From NCBI RefSeq assembly GCF_963921235.1, contig NC_086097.1:154816001-154880000 (forward strand): DNA of 64,000 nucleotides, given 5' to 3'. Below the pieces are notes generated by a model. It was not told where the DNA came from and made no database searches. It worked only from the letters and a program-made list of their open reading frames with translations. Source of the DNA: Mobula hypostoma (taxonomy: Eukaryota). Below, piece after piece: positions 12,420 to 26,195 of the stretch (the first letter of the stretch is position 1; each line of letters starts with the position of its first letter). The position numbers were made by a program, and so were the translations under genes.

Positions 12420-14202
12420 GATAATTGTGTCCAGGGTTCCCCAAGTCAAATGTCCCCAGGTTAATGCAAAAGATACTATTAGCTGGATGAGGTTGGCCAG
12501 CTAGGATTGTTTACTCTAGAGTTTAGTAAGCTAAGGGGTAGAAGCAATTTATAATTATACAAGGTAGGGGAAATATTCAGAGTCTTTATCCTAGAGTGTC
12601 AACTATTAAAGGCTATACTTTAAGGTGAGAGGAAGAAGTTTAAAGGGGAATTATGAGGCAAGATTTTTTTTTACAGAATGGGATAGGTGCCTGGAACATG
12701 CTACCAGGGTATTTAAACAGACACATGAACAGAAAGAGGATGGAGGGATGAGGACCATCTGCAGCCAGATGGGATTAGTTAAAATTGGCATGGTCAGCAC
12801 AAACATCCTGGACCAAAGGGCTTGTCCCTGTACCATACCTTTCTATTTTCCTTTAACAGATATTTGGATGTGTTGAATTGATAGGGTGTTGTGTGGGAAA
12901 GGGGAAGTACAGTAACAGCACTGGGGAGATTTACTCAGTCAAAATTATATGCAATTCCTTCATAGGTTGCTTAAATGTTATTATAACCAATTAATTGTTA
13001 CAATAACACAAACACATTATTCCCTCAGGGTATGAGATGTCCTGGTGAGATTGTTCACACACCACTATGGACACACAGTTGTGCACAGCCACTGACCCAA
13101 AGCAGCCTGTTCACTTGGAGATCATTAGTCATGAGAATTGTCCCTATGTGACGCAGGACAGAGAGTAAACAAAGAGCTTTGATATTGGTTTATTATTGTC
13201 ACATCTATCAAGATTGTCTTGCATACTGTTCAGAAAAATCAAATCATTACACAATGCATTAAAGCAGAAAAAGGTAAAGCAATAACAATATGGAATAAAT
13301 CAGAGTCAGAATCAGATTTAATAACACCGGCATATTTCGTGAAATTTGTTAACTTTGCAGCAGCGGTACAATGCAATAATAACAATAGAGAAAAAACTGA
13401 ATTAAAGTATACAGTATATACAGTGGCATGCAAAACTTTGGGCACCCTGGTCAAATTTTTTGTTACTGTGAATAGCTAAGCGAGTAAAAGATGAACTGAT
13501 TTCCAAAAGGCATAAAGTTAAACATGACACATTTCTTTAATATTTTAAGCAAGAAAACTTTTTTTTATTTCCATCTTTTACAGTTTCAAAATAACAAAAA
13601 AGGAAAAGGGCCTGAAGCAAAAGTTTGGGCACCCTGCATGGTCAGTACTTAGTAACACCCCCTTTAGCAAGCATCACAGCTTGTAAACACTTTCTGTAGC
13701 CAGCTAACAGTCTTTCAATTCTTGTTTGGGGGATTTTCGCCCATTTTTCCTTGCAAAAGGCTTCTAATTCTGTGAAATTCTTGGGCCGTCTTGCATGCAC
13801 AGCTCTTTTGAGGTCTATCCACAGATTCTTGATGATATTTAGGTCAGGGACTGTGACGGCCACGGCAAAACCTTCAGCTTGTGCCTCTTGAAGTAGTCCA
13901 TTGTGGATTTTGAGGTGTGTTTAGGATCATTATCCTGTTGTAGAAGCCATCCTCTTTTCATCTTTGGCTTTTTTTTTACAGACGGTGTGATGTCTGCTTC
14001 CAAAATTTGCTGGTATTTAATTGAATTCATTCTTCCCTCTACCAGTAAATGTTCCCCATGCAACTGGCTGCAACACAAGCCCAAAGCATGATCGATCCAC
14101 CCCAGTGCTTACCAGTTGGAGAGGGGTTCGTTTCATGAAATTCTGCACCCTTTTTTCTCCAAGCATACCTTTGCTCATTGCGGCCAAAAAGTTCGATTTT
14201 AA

Positions 14203-15359
14203 GCAACGCACATCAAAGTTGCTGGTGAACGCAGCAGGCCAGACAGCATCTCTAGGAAGAGGTACAGTCGATGTTTCAGGCCGAGACCCCTCGTCAGGAC
14301 TAACTGAAGAAAGAGCTAGTAAGAGATTTAAAAGTGAGAGGGGGAGGGGGAGATCAAAAATGATAGGAGAAGAGAGGAGGGGGAGGGATGGAGCCAAGAG
14401 CTGGACAGGTGATTGGCAAAAGGGGTATGAGAGGATTATGGGACAGGAGGCCCAGGGAGGAGGAAAAGGGGGGGGGGGGGAGAGTCCAGAGGATGGACAA
14501 GGGGTATAGTCAGAGGGACAGATGGAGAAAAAGGAGAGTGAGAGAAAGGATGTGTGTATATAAATAACGGATGGGGTACGAGGGGGAGGTGGGGCATTAG
14601 CAGAAGTTTGAGAAGTCAATGTTCACGCCATCAGGTTAGAGGCTACCCAGACGGAATATAAGGTGTTGTTCCTCCAACCTGAGTGTGGTTTCATCTTTAC
14701 AGTAGAGGAGGCCGTGGATAGACATGTCAGAATGGGAATGGGATGTGGAATTAAAATGTGTGGCCACTGGGAGATCCTGGCGGACAGAGCGTAGGTGTTC
14801 AGCAAAACGATCTCCCAGTCTGCGTCGGGTCTCGCCAATATATAGAAGGCCATGTCGGGAGCACTGGACGCAGTATATCACCCCAGCTGACTCACAGGTG
14901 AAATGTCGCCTCACCTGGAAGGACTGTCTGGGGCCCTGAATGGTGGTAAGGGAGGAAGTGTAAGGGCATGTGTAGCACTTGTTCCGCTTACAAGGGTAAG
15001 TGTCAGGAGGGAGATCAGTGGGGAGGGATGGGGGGGACGAATGGACAAGGGAGTCGAGTAGGGAGCGATCCCTGCGGAAAGCAGAGCGGGGGAAGGGAAA
15101 GACGTGCTTAGTGGTGAGATCCCATTGGAGGTGGCGGAAGTTACGGAGAATAATATGTTGGACCCGGAGGCTGGTGGAGTGATAGGTGAGGACCAAGGGA
15201 ACCTTATTCCTAGTGGGGTGGCGGGAGGATGGAGTGAGAGCAGATGCGCGTGAAATGGGGGAGATGCGTTCGAGAGCAGAGTTGATGGTGGAGGAAGGGA
15301 AGCCCCTTTCTTTAAAAAAGGAGGACATCTCCCTCGTCCTGGAATGAAAAGCCTCATCT
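14203..15359 (-). mobile_element. 5'-truncated Penelope-like retroelement (GIY-YIG endonuclease end + pseudo-LTR)
   Basis: ORF 14636..15328 has GVIYCVQC..LYIGET.R.L..RF.EH...PVA.HF; pseudo-LTR carries a hammerhead motif; imperfect 14-bp TSD AAGTTCGATTTTAA / AAGCTCTATTTTAA. Confidence 0.92.
14265..14307 (-). ncRNA. Minimal type I hammerhead ribozyme motif (PLE)
   Basis: aguc CUGACGA ggggucucggccu GAAA ca UC gacug; helix III palindrome decayed to ACAU. Confidence 0.7.
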
Positions 15360-16202
15360 AAGCTCTATTTTAACTTCAGTCCGCAGGAATTGTTTCCAAA
15401 ATGCATCAGGCTTGTTTAGATGTTCCTTTCAACCTTTTGAATAGAACCTGCTGGCCGCAATGACATATATTAAATAAGCAGTGCAAGTAAAAGAAATAAA
15501 AAAGTAGTGAGGTGGTATTAATAAAAGTGTAAGTGTAATAAAATGTAAAAGGTACAGTACAGGTAAGCAATAACATGCAAGATTGTAATGAGGTAGATTT
15601 TGGGGCCACAGGTCCTTCTTAGCATACAAGGGGTTATTGAAGAATCTGATAACATTAGGATAGATGCTGGTCTTGAACCTGTGGTACATGCTTTCAGGCT
15701 TTTATATTTTCTGCCTGACAGGGGTGGGGGTGGGGAGAGGGAAGAAGAGAGAACGCCCAGGGTGGGTGGGGTCTTTGATTATGCTGACTGTAAGAAGTAT
15801 AGACAATATCCAGATAGGGAAGACTAATTTCTGCGAGTGTTGAGCTGTGTCTACAACTCTGTTTCATTTACTTTGGAAGGTGGGCAGCAGAGGAGATTTG
15901 ACAGGAAAATGCAAATCTCTTTGAAGTGGGATTACCAAAAAAAAAGTGTTTGGGACCCTGTGCCTTGGATCTTGTAAAGTAAAGATGTCAAATCTCTGGC
16001 TGACACATGCCCATGGGAATTGATCAGTCTGTCATTGGGAAGTGATTAAGGAGACACCATAATCTGCTGGGATTCTGGAGAAACAACAACCTGTCAGCAA
16101 TTTGAAATTTTTGGAATCCAAAATGAAGAATGAATTTATTGAGTAAGAAGAATGTGAACCAACCCTTTCAGGAAAGCACATGTTTCAAAAGTCCTCCCTT
16201 AC

Positions 16203-16238
16203 CTTTTGTCCAGTAAGGCCTGGACTTCCCGCTTCTCC
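16203..16238 (-). CDS. COL22A1: Collagen exon, 36 bp: GEAGSPGLTGQK
   Basis: atag|GGA...AAG|gtaagg. Confidence 0.92.
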
Positions 16239-16349
16239 CTATTAAAGATAAGTAAAACCTAAGTCAACAACTCTTCTGCCACACTGATAATTATCTGCCT
16301 CATTATTTACAATAACTAATAACTCTCAATAACTCATCTTCCCCCTTAC

Positions 16350-16403
16350 CTTTTCACCAGGCCTCCCTGGTAAACCATCTTGGCCTGGCTCTCCCTCTTG
16401 CCC
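16350..16403 (-). CDS. COL22A1: Collagen exon, 54 bp: GQEGEPGQDGLPGRPGEK
   Basis: tcag|GGG...AAG|gtaagg. Confidence 0.94.
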
Positions 16404-16549
16404 CTGAGTTATTGAAAAGGGAAATCAAAATGAATATTTCAGCATTGTTTGGAATGAATGCCCCAATTTGATTGGCCAATTTAATTTGTCAAAGAAATTT
16501 GCTCATTTATATTTCATTTCCAGAAGGGACTAAATCAGTAATTACTTGC

Positions 16550-16603
16550 CTTAACTCCTGGAGGCCCAGGTAAACCACTTTTCCCATCTATTCCAGGTGG
16601 ACC
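16550..16603 (-). CDS. COL22A1: Collagen exon, 54 bp: GPPGIDGKSGLPGPPGVK (GC donor)
   Basis: tcag|GGT...AAG|gcaagt. Confidence 0.92.
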
Positions 16604-17930
16604 CTGAAAATATATCAATTAGAAATGCATCAAAACATGACTAATATGGGATTATATAAACAAAATGGATACAGCAAGCACAGCCAAATAACTTGCAAAA
16701 GTTGTTATTCCATTTACATTATCTTCACTTAGCAAGATTGTCCTTATTAATCTCAGGGTAACAGCATTTAAAATATTTTCTTTGAAGCAAGCTAATAGTT
16801 TTGTTTAGAAGGTGCCAATTTAACAATGTTTTAGATTTGCCAATTCCATATTCTGAGCTGCTTGGAACTGCAGTGTAGAAGTATACATTTCCAATGGCAG
16901 AGGTGCAATGGAATCAAAATAAGATTTTCCTTTACTTCTGGATCCCCTGATGAGTTTTCTTTTTCAAGGGTTTTGTGTTTTCTGTCAGTGAGTAGAGCCA
17001 GGCCTGTTGTCTAATCGCTTATGGCTGACGCATTTTTGAAAGCAACTCTAAACAAACATTACACTTTCTAGGGCCATTCACCATTGTGTAAACCGAGCAC
17101 AAAGTTTCCGACAAATTCACATGGACAAATATCATTATTCTACTTTACCCACCCTTGCCTCTTCATAAATAATTGAAGATGAAATAAGTATTTGACGAGA
17201 GAGTAAACTGCTGCAATGCAGTGGATCAAAAGAGGAGAAGTGGAAGGAAACTAACAGATCTATTATAGGTTTCCACAAATAAAACAAAATGAGGTGTTTT
17301 ATGACAAATGAAACCTACAGCAACATTTTATTGAACTCCGAAACCTACACAACAAAAGTGCACTAAAAACCTTTTATATGGTAATGTCATCACATCACAC
17401 CAGCCTCTTAAAGCAAAACTCCAACTCAATGTTGGTGGTTGTGAATTATGTACATTTCTCCCAATTACTTTACCCTACACTATTTCTGGGTGACATAGAT
17501 ATGATGGGGCTTCTTCTGCACTGAAATCTTCCATCGTCCTATGAGAACAAGCTCTGCAAATTAGAATAAGCAGCAATGTGCACAGAAATTTTAAGTTTTC
17601 ACTAGGCACCTTAAGCATAAACTGATTCACTTGCACATGCGTTCGTAAATGCTTAATGATTTTTGCTATGTGTATGTGTGCCTGCATGCCAGCAGTCTCT
17701 TTGCTGACCCTCTGTGCACAAGACACCAGCAATGATTGTGTTAATACAACAGAATGAAATGTCTCTGGTATTTTATTGGAATTAACTCACAAAAATAATC
17801 AGCTTAATATCTTGGCTAATTATATCATTGAAGTCATTTCCTCTATGCAAATCAATAATGTGTTATTAACATGACACAGCAAGGTTTTACACCCTTCCTC
17901 CTCTCTTCTTTGTGCTTGCAGATTGCTTAC

Positions 17931-17984
17931 CGGTTTTCCTTTTGATCCTGGTTTTCCTGGAAATCCAATTTCACCTGGTAGCCC
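17931..17984 (-). CDS. COL22A1: Collagen exon, 54 bp: GLPGEIGFPGKPGSKGKP
   Basis: ttag|GGG...CCG|gtaagc; GLPGEIGFPGKPG matches recalled human COL22A1. Confidence 0.95.
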
Positions 17985-19714
17985 CTAACACATTGAGATA
18001 GTTAATTATATAGCTTCAAATTCATGACATCATCAAATGAATAAACAGCGTCAGTACATCTGTGGCTGAACTTCACCAAAAGGGAGGTGGAGCTCCTGAC
18101 ACAAGACGTACCTCCTAACATTTTCTACATTAACCAATGAATGTGAAAATTCATGCCTTTGAGAAAATCCATATATTTCCTTCCTTTTCCCAGTATAGTA
18201 ACTTAAAACCATACCTTATTTGTTCAAATCTATACAGCATAAATATTAGCTGTGAAAAACTAAGGCTGAAAGTAGCCCCAGGCATGTACAGAATTAAGCA
18301 ATAAAACAGTGAAGTTAATGAAAATAAAACTTAAAGATATAAAATGTTCTGTTACTTCTCCATTATCCTTTTAAAAATTGCACAAAACATGCCTCTTCAC
18401 TTCAAGAGTTAGCTTGCACGTACGGTGAAGGTTTTGTACAATAAAAGAGGAAGCCCCATTCTCAGAGATTCAATTTAGAAAATAACTTGCTGGCAAAACT
18501 AATTGTGGGACCAATGAAGTATTTTGTTATTTTGCATAGTAAAATTCACCAGAGAAAGATGATCTATGGCTAAACATGCAGAAGATGTTGGGTGAGTTAT
18601 ACTACTCCACAATTAATTTTGCAAAAATGTTATCTTCTTGCCCAATTGAAATGCTCTGAATAGTATGAGGTAGTCATATCTGTGCAAACCAAACTCATTA
18701 ATGTAAATGAAGAAACTCTTTAACAATTGGCATTTAAAAAAATTAAACTTCTTTATTTGGTGTTTATCTATTCATAATTCTCATGCCAAAACTTCTAAAA
18801 TTATTAGACTATTTCATAAAGTTGTTTCAAAAATGTGAATTTGAATTTGACATGCCAATTTCCAATTTTGTTTATGCACAGTGTCCATTAGCCTATGTCA
18901 CAGAAGCCTGCTCTCTGTCCATCTTGTGTGTTTACAAGTGTTTTTCTCCCATCTCTGCTCTTTGATGGAGAAGAATTCCCTTGGCACACAATACTCTAAT
19001 ATTCAAATGTAAAATGGAAATATGCAAGAGACTGAGAAAAGGAGAAAATCACACTGTTCTCATGATAGAATTTAACATGGCTTGATAACAAAGCTTAAAG
19101 ATTTCTTCCTGGATTTAGTGATCAAAGTTTTGAAAACACCAGAGGTAAAGTTAGGTTAACAGTCTTGATTGTGCTTTGTACAATTGGTTTTCCTCAAGGA
19201 AATCAGCGGTCACCTAAGGGCAACTTCAACTTCTTCATTCACACTTTCACTGTGTGATGTACAGTAATTTTGTTTTGAGTATCAGGTTGGAAAGGCCTGT
19301 TCTGGTGATGTACTGATTTCAGTCATTCGCATGTGAACACATATTCCTGCAACCACAATCCCATCCCCCATGGATGCCAAATGTTTGGGAGTATACTGTA
19401 TAGAGTTTCAATTTTTAAGAAAAGAGATGATTTTGCTTTTATTTTTTAAAAAGTTGCTTTACTTATTCTTTCTGCCCTTTTATAGGTCTCAATTGAGCAA
19501 ACCTTTCTCTCATTATTTCAGTTCCAAATTTTGGCTTTTAATAACTATTTCCAATTTGCACACTTCTGTTCCAATTCCTGTATAGTTCATTTCACAATTC
19601 TTTGACTGGATGGATTGAAAAGATAGTTGGTTTACCCTACTTGTTTTAGTTTCAGATGCCTAGATTCTCCTCTCTGTCACATTACTGGTTTACTCATATT
19701 TTAATTTACACCCC

Positions 19715-21900
19715 AAGACATAGGAGCAGAATTAGGCCATTCCATCACGGTTGATTTATTACCCCTCTCAACCCTATTCTCCTGCCTTCCCCACATAACC
19801 TTTGAAATCCTCATTAATGAAGAAACTATCAACCTCTGCTTTAAATATACTCAATGGCTTGGCCTCCACAGCTGTCTGTGTCAATAAATTCCACAGGCTC
19901 AGCACTCACTGGCGAAAGAAATTCCACCTCTCCTCTGTTCTAAACGGACATCCCTCTATTCTGAGGCTGTGTCCTACAGTCCTAGACTCCCCCACTACCT
20001 TTCCACATCCACTCTATCTTGGCCTTTCAATATGTTTCAAAGAAAACCTCCTTTATTCTTCTAAATCCAGTGAGTACAGGCCCAAAGCCACCAAACATGC
20101 CTCATTCATTAACCCTTTCGTTTCTGGAATCATTCTTATGAACCTCCTCTAGATCTTCTCTAGTTCAAGATATTCTTTCTTAGATAAGGGGCCCAAAACT
20201 GCTCACAATATTCAGTGCAGTCTGACCCATGCCTAATAAAGCCTCAACATTAAATCCTTAGTTTTATATTCTAGTCCTCTTGAAATTAATGCTAACATTG
20301 CATTTTCATTTGCTAGTATATTTCCTGTAATACCATGGGCCTCGTGTGTGGCCGCTTGTCAAAGACTTTATGAAAATTAAAGTAAGCAACCTCCATAGAC
20401 TTTCTTTTGTCTATCGTCTCTTTTATTTCCTCAAGTAATTCCAACAGACTAGCCTTAAGGAAACTATGCTGGCTTTGGCCTATTTTATCATGTACCTTCT
20501 AGTATTCCGAAATGGATTCCAATATCTTCCCAATCACTGAAGTCAGGCTAAGTGGCCTATAATTTCCTTTCTTCGGTTTCCCTCAAGTGATTCTTGAAAG
20601 ATCAAAACACCTCCACAATCTCTTCAGCTACCTTGTTCAGAACCCTGGAGAGTACTCTAGTCCAGGTAATTTATCTATGTTCAGGTCTTTCAGCTTTACA
20701 AGGACCTTCTCCCTAGTAATAGCAACAGCCCTTACTTCTGTCCCTGGACACTCTTGAATTTCTGGCATACTACTTGTGTCTCCCACAGTGAAAACTGGCA
20801 CAAAATACTTCTTAAGTCCTTCCACCATTTCTTTCTTCCTATTATTCCAGCATCATTTTCCAGTGGTCCTAGATCCACTCATGCCTTTCTTTTACTCTTT
20901 TTATTTCTGCAAAAAATATTTTTTGTATCCTCTTTTGTATTATTGGCTCTTTACTTTGATGTTTCATCTTTTCTCTCCTAATTGTTTTTTAGTTGCTTTC
21001 TGTTGGTTTTCAAAAAGGTTCCCAGTTCTGTAATTATTGCCTTATTATTTGACCACTTCTGCTTTTATGCTGTTTTTGACTCCCCTTGTCAGTCACGGTT
21101 GCTTCATCCTCCCTTTAGATCACTTCTTCTTGAAACTATCTTCTGAATTTCTCCCAGAAGTTCCACCCATTGCTGTTCTGCTGTCATCCCTGCTGGTGTC
21201 CTCTTCCAATCAACTCTGGCCATCTCTTGTTCTATGTCTCTGTAATTCCCTTTAATCCACTGTAATAGTGATACATCTGAATTTAGCTTCTTCCTCTCAA
21301 ACTGCAGGGTGAATTCTATTAGGTTATGATCACTGCCTCCTAAAAGTTCCCTTCCTTTAAGCTCACTAATCAAATCTGGTTCATTACACAATGCCTTTGC
21401 CTTTTTCGTAGTCAGCTAAACCCACAAGCTGTTCTAAAAAGCCATCTCGATACATTCTTCAAAATCCCTCTCTATGGATCCAGCGCCAACCTGATTTTCC
21501 CAGTCTTCCTGCATATTGAAATCCCCCATGACTATTGTAACATTCTCTTTTTCACATGCCTTTTCTATCTCCTCTTGCAACTTGTACCCCACATCCTGCT
21601 TCTTTCACCCATGGCTTAGTGATGCCCACAATGTCATGCCTGCCAAACTCTAACTGCAATACAAGATCATCTACCTTATTCTGTATATGGTGTGCATTCA
21701 GGTATAACATCTTCAGTCTGGTATTCATGGCTCTTTATGATTTTGTCTCCATGTTACCCTTCAACTTGTCCCAGTGACTGTAACATTGCCCTATCATCTG
21801 CCTGTCATTTCTCACAGTCTCACTACAAACTACAACAAATTTGCATAACAACTGTCCCATCTTCAGCCTATCACTGAGTCATTCTCAACCCCTCGAGCCA
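19715..21900 (-). mobile_element. Degenerate CR1 LINE ORF2
   Basis: Minus-strand remnants LGGSDHNLIEF, KKYFV.VFT, EKVL.KLK.L..DK.PG; 3' end near 19715. Confidence 0.8.
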
Positions 21901-22129
21901 AATTTAATTCATAAAATATTGTAAATAAATAAGAACTCAAGTGCAAGTTTAACTATTGACATTGATTTAATGGCCTACATTTAGTATTGCTGCTTTCAAA
22001 TAACCCTAAGCCTGTATATTTTTCAGTTTGATAAGAATAAACAATATTTTTTAATGATAGTTAATGTTGACTTTTTCTCTACTATGATAATACTTCTCTT
22101 GGTTGGATAATGATCTCTACAATCCTTAC

Positions 22130-22183
22130 CTGTTCTCCAGGATGTCCTGGTGCTCCTGGACTACCAGCTTCTCCTTTAATACC
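22130..22183 (-). CDS. COL22A1: Collagen exon, 54 bp: GIKGEAGSPGAPGHPGEQ
   Basis: ttag|GGT...CAG|gtaagg. Confidence 0.94.
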
Positions 22184-24705
22184 CTAAATAAAAGATACAG
22201 AGTAAATGTTTCATTTCTCATTTCCCCAATAACTCACAGAATTAACTTGGTGAATAGTTGAGTCCTCAAGCTATTAGTGTTACTGGCCAAATCCATGGAC
22301 AGCTGACCACACCCAGGACGGCAGGAGGAACATCATAATCAGCCTCAGTGTCCCGGTTTTGTGAAGGTAAATTCATTCCTGGTCACTGACAGTGCCAAGA
22401 AGGGATATTCATGTGGGTCTGTTACATAGTAAGACATTTAAGCTTGGCTGTGATAGGTTGAAAGGCTAAAATATTGTACAAATATTTAAGTTACTATATC
22501 ACCCAGATCAATGTCACAGCGTGAAATTGGCACAGGCCTATCAGGCCATTTGACAATCAACATATTATGTTTAGGAGTGAAAACAAAATGTGAGAAATCA
22601 AAATAGAATGAATAATTATTCGGAAGAGCCATTGCAAGGGTTTGAAATCCATTTTGAGATAAGATTTATTGGAGCTATGACAATTTTGTAAGGAAGGACT
22701 ACGGGCCTCAATTCCTGTGTTCAGTAACCTCCAGCACTCACTCAAATACTCAAGTCTACACACTTGAAGGGAGATAACTAGTGGAGAATGCCACAAAGGT
22801 CTACGATAGAATGGAGATGGATCTTGACCACTATCCCAATTTTTACCACAGCCAATTATAAAGAGGTAAGAATTGATGACAAAGGGTGATGGCCTGGAGG
22901 ATAGTAGACAGTGAGCTGGGCTGAGCGAAGGAGCAGTTCACAAAGGAATGGGCCACATACTAAAGCAGCATAGCCGTGTGTTTGGAAGTAGACTGTGAAA
23001 TAAGGAGAGGTGCAGGGCAATGAGCTGTACACCAGGTAGGGTGAAGCATGAATTAGCTTAGTTTGAAGGCAGTGCGAACTGCAAAGGGAGAGAAGTAGAG
23101 GGAAGCAGGGGGAAGCGCAGAGATAGCAGGATGATCCAGAATGGACGTGATAAACTGGGTGTAGCCCCGACAGGGCAATGGCAGGGAGGAATACAAGCAC
23201 ACTTGAAAATGCAGAGGCAGGACCGAGCTCAGGCAGGGGGAGGGAGTGAGCTCAGGCATGATCTGGTAGGCCAGCAGGAGAGATGGACTGTGTGAATTTG
23301 CAACTAACCAATGAATGCATGAAAGTAATGGGGCGCAGAGTGAATCAGGAAGAGCAGTGTGATAGGATTGGACCGGATAATGTGAAGAGGGTACACACAC
23401 TGCATGCGAACCAGAAATAATGGGATTAGTATAAAGGTTGCACAGACAGGGTAGGTGCAAGGACCTGTTTCTGTGCTGTTTGACTCTGAATATGCTCTGA
23501 ATTATTTCTGTGGGAACAGCTTAGTTTGCAATTCTTGACCATGAGATGGCAGCATTTCCTTTGGAGATGATGAGCCTTCCTTTACATTTGTAACTTCCAC
23601 AAGTTTATGTAATTTGTTTAAACTAGAAGTTTTCCTCAGATGATAATTGTGATTTTTTTTTTGCTTGATAGATTAAAAAGAGAGAACAGCTTGGGATCAA
23701 TTCACTGTCATTTTGTAAAATAAAAAAATTACAAAGTTATGTCACAACTATTGTGGCAAAATAATACTAAAGTTGCAACCAAATGCTTGTTTTTCTATTC
23801 TGCGCAGGCTTACTGTGATAAGCAGAGCTGCTTGATGTATTCTTGAAATATCAACATCAAACACGAATATCCCTGCATCACAGTTTCCCTACTCACTCCA
23901 GCAACATGTCTGCCCCAACTTCAGAGGTCACCTTTGTGACAAAAGTGATAGTTTTCCATCCAGATCATCTTTCCTCCAAACCCCCAGAGTCAGATTGTTA
24001 ATTCTAATTGAAGCCTAACCAGGAAGACTTTTCATCCTCAGGCCCAAATATCAGTATAATCCCAACAAGGACCTTCCATGAAAGACATTAATTTCTTTGT
24101 TCAATTTCTTGCACATAAAATAAAGCAACAGTTTGTGAATGCCCTAAGTTGGCACTTTAGTAGTTCATTTACAAAATGCACAGCTAATTAAGAGATTAAA
24201 TGCAGGGATATGAGGGGTTAAGAGGGATTGGGGCCCAAAATGGGAAAATTGGACCACTTTGATGAGTACCATATTTGGCATGAGTGAGTTGGGCTGAAGG
24301 GTCTGCTTTCAAGCTATGTTCACTGTATTTAATCATTGAATCTGGAAGTGCCACTCATAATTCTCAATGATGATACGGTGGTCAATAAATTCTCCATTAT
24401 GGTAAAGAACCCCATAGCATCTTCAAATAGCAACATATGTATCATCGTTGATGTGGTGTCAATTGAATTTTCCCTCCAAAAGATGCAAGATCTGATAACA
24501 CTCCCTCATCACACTGAACTTCAAGACAGAATGTATGTGCATACTTCTGGATATATTTTTTTAATTCAATGCTACAATATTACCAATAAGCCGAAGTTGA
24601 CCCTAAGTAAGTAGCTCCATAGCTATCAGTAAAACAAAAGCTCTCTTGTTATAAATCGTAGTTCATGCTATAAATCAAACCATATTAAGCAGATTTAAAT
24701 CCAGC

Positions 24706-25038
24706 TGTCATGAGCCCTGCAGGCCTGTGCACCTGTATTTGTTAATTGTTGTCTTATCTAGAATTGTCAAGCCTTTTTGAATTCTGCTTAATCTTGTCAA
24801 GTTTATTTTGACTGGCATGGGTTTTCAGGGTACGGTGATTATTTAAAAGGTACTCCCAATTTGTGCTTATCACGGGGTCCTTGTGTTTCAAGACTGATAC
24901 GGCTCACAGCGTCGAACAGTCCAGCCACCAATGTTCTATTGGCACTCTTCTGAGTAAACTCTTGTTTTTATCTCTATATGGAAGTCTGTTGTTCCTCCAC
25001 ACGTGGGTTCAGTCATCTGTTAGTGCGTCACTGTGACA
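24706..25038. mobile_element. Possible old solo LTR
   Basis: TGTCA...TGACA termini, TATTTAAAA and AGTAAA internal motifs; no clear TSD. Confidence 0.45.
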
Positions 25039-25131
25039 CATAACCACACCCTAGAAGTATTAACACACTTTAGAAGTAACAGCAAGGCCATACTCTGGAA
25101 TTAATATAAAACTCAGGAGATTAGTACTCAC

Positions 25132-25185
25132 GGGGTCTCCAGTGATTCCCTGTAAACCTGGCAGGCCTCGGTCACCCTTTCTTCC
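25132..25185 (-). CDS. COL22A1: Collagen exon, 54 bp: GRKGDRGLPGLQGITGDP
   Basis: ttag|GGA...CCC|gtgagt. Confidence 0.93.
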
Positions 25186-25779
25186 CTAAACGGAACAGCA
25201 GAAGACAACAAAATCAGTGAGAGAACAAAGCAGGCAAAGCATTACACATGAGGGAAGAGACGGCAACTTTGAACGAGGCATTAAGGGATTTTATTCCGTG
25301 CTTGCAATATCAGTGAAAGACAGGAGAAAGCAGTAATTCACATTTTCATGGTATGGGGGTGAAATCTGCACAGCATAGTGTGTTTGGTTGGCTCAACTGT
25401 GCAGTCTCACAATTACACTTAGGCAGCCTTCCTCTGATCATTCTTCATCTAACTGCACAAACCGAACTAAATATTCCTTGCTCTTATGTCTTTGACTACC
25501 TTCGCATTCATGTACCTGTACGACTCGTCATGGCATTTCATCGCTTAACAACAAGGAAGGACCAACAGCTTGGAAGGAATTGCGAGACTTGTTGGAACAT
25601 ACAGTGCAACACTAACTTGTGATATCACATAATCTTAGAAGTGTTAGTCATGATGAAAATGACTGAATTTTGAAATATATTTATTGCACAGACATAGGCA
25701 AAAAATTGATAAAAAACTGGTCTACAAAAATCTTACTTTGGAAAAGTTGCTGTAACATTGAGTGCATGGAGCCAGAGTA

Positions 25780-26195
25780 CAAACAAGAGAAAATCTGCAG
25801 ATGCTGGAAATCTGAGAAACACAAACAAAATGCTGAAGGAACTCAGCGAGCCAGACAGTATCTATGGAAAAGAGTACAGTCAACGTTTCGGGCCGTAACC
25901 CTATGGCAGGACCGGAGAAAAAAAGCTGAGGAGTAGATTTAAAAAGGTGGGGGAAGGGGTGAGAGAAATGCCAGGTGATAGGTGAAACTGTCAACTTCCT
26001 AGCTCTTTGTTTCATCCTTCCCCCTCTGAGTTTCACCTATCGCCTTGCGTTCCTTTCTCCCCTCCCCCGACCTTTCAAATCTACTCACCTTTTTCTCTCC
26101 AGTCCTGCCGAAAGGTCTCGGTCTGAAATGTCGAATGTACTCTTTTCCACAGATGCTGCCTGGCCTGCTGAATTCCTCCAGCATTTCGTGTGTGC
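25780..26195. mobile_element. Inverted pair of PLE pseudo-LTR fragments (variant subfamily)
   Basis: Minus copy ~25780-25990 and plus copy ~25995-26195; both have a hammerhead scaffold with CUGCC instead of CUGAN. Confidence 0.8.

Larger units (their letters stand above)
13421..15432 (-). mobile_element. Truncated Tc1-like DNA transposon (IR/DR type), interrupted by a PLE
   Basis: TA-CAGTGGCATGCAAAA terminus; direct repeat GCAAAA(C/G)TTTGGGCACCC at ~13430 and ~13617; transposase QQDNDPKHTSKST, PWPSQS-PDLN.I.NLW, GGVTKY; sequence resumes at 15360. Confidence 0.9.

Noticed and set aside
14017..14619. 100-200 aa ORFs over pseudo-LTRs (also 41098-41580, 54595-55552)
   Set aside because: Low-complexity purine/pyrimidine tracts that lack stops by composition; recurring in repeat copies on both strands; no protein motif.
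17100..17570. Possible minus-strand LTR remnant
   Set aside because: No paired termini or TSD could be established.
22856..23460. 114- and 135-aa ORFs in purine-rich sequence
   Set aside because: No recognisable domain; likely a decayed repeat.
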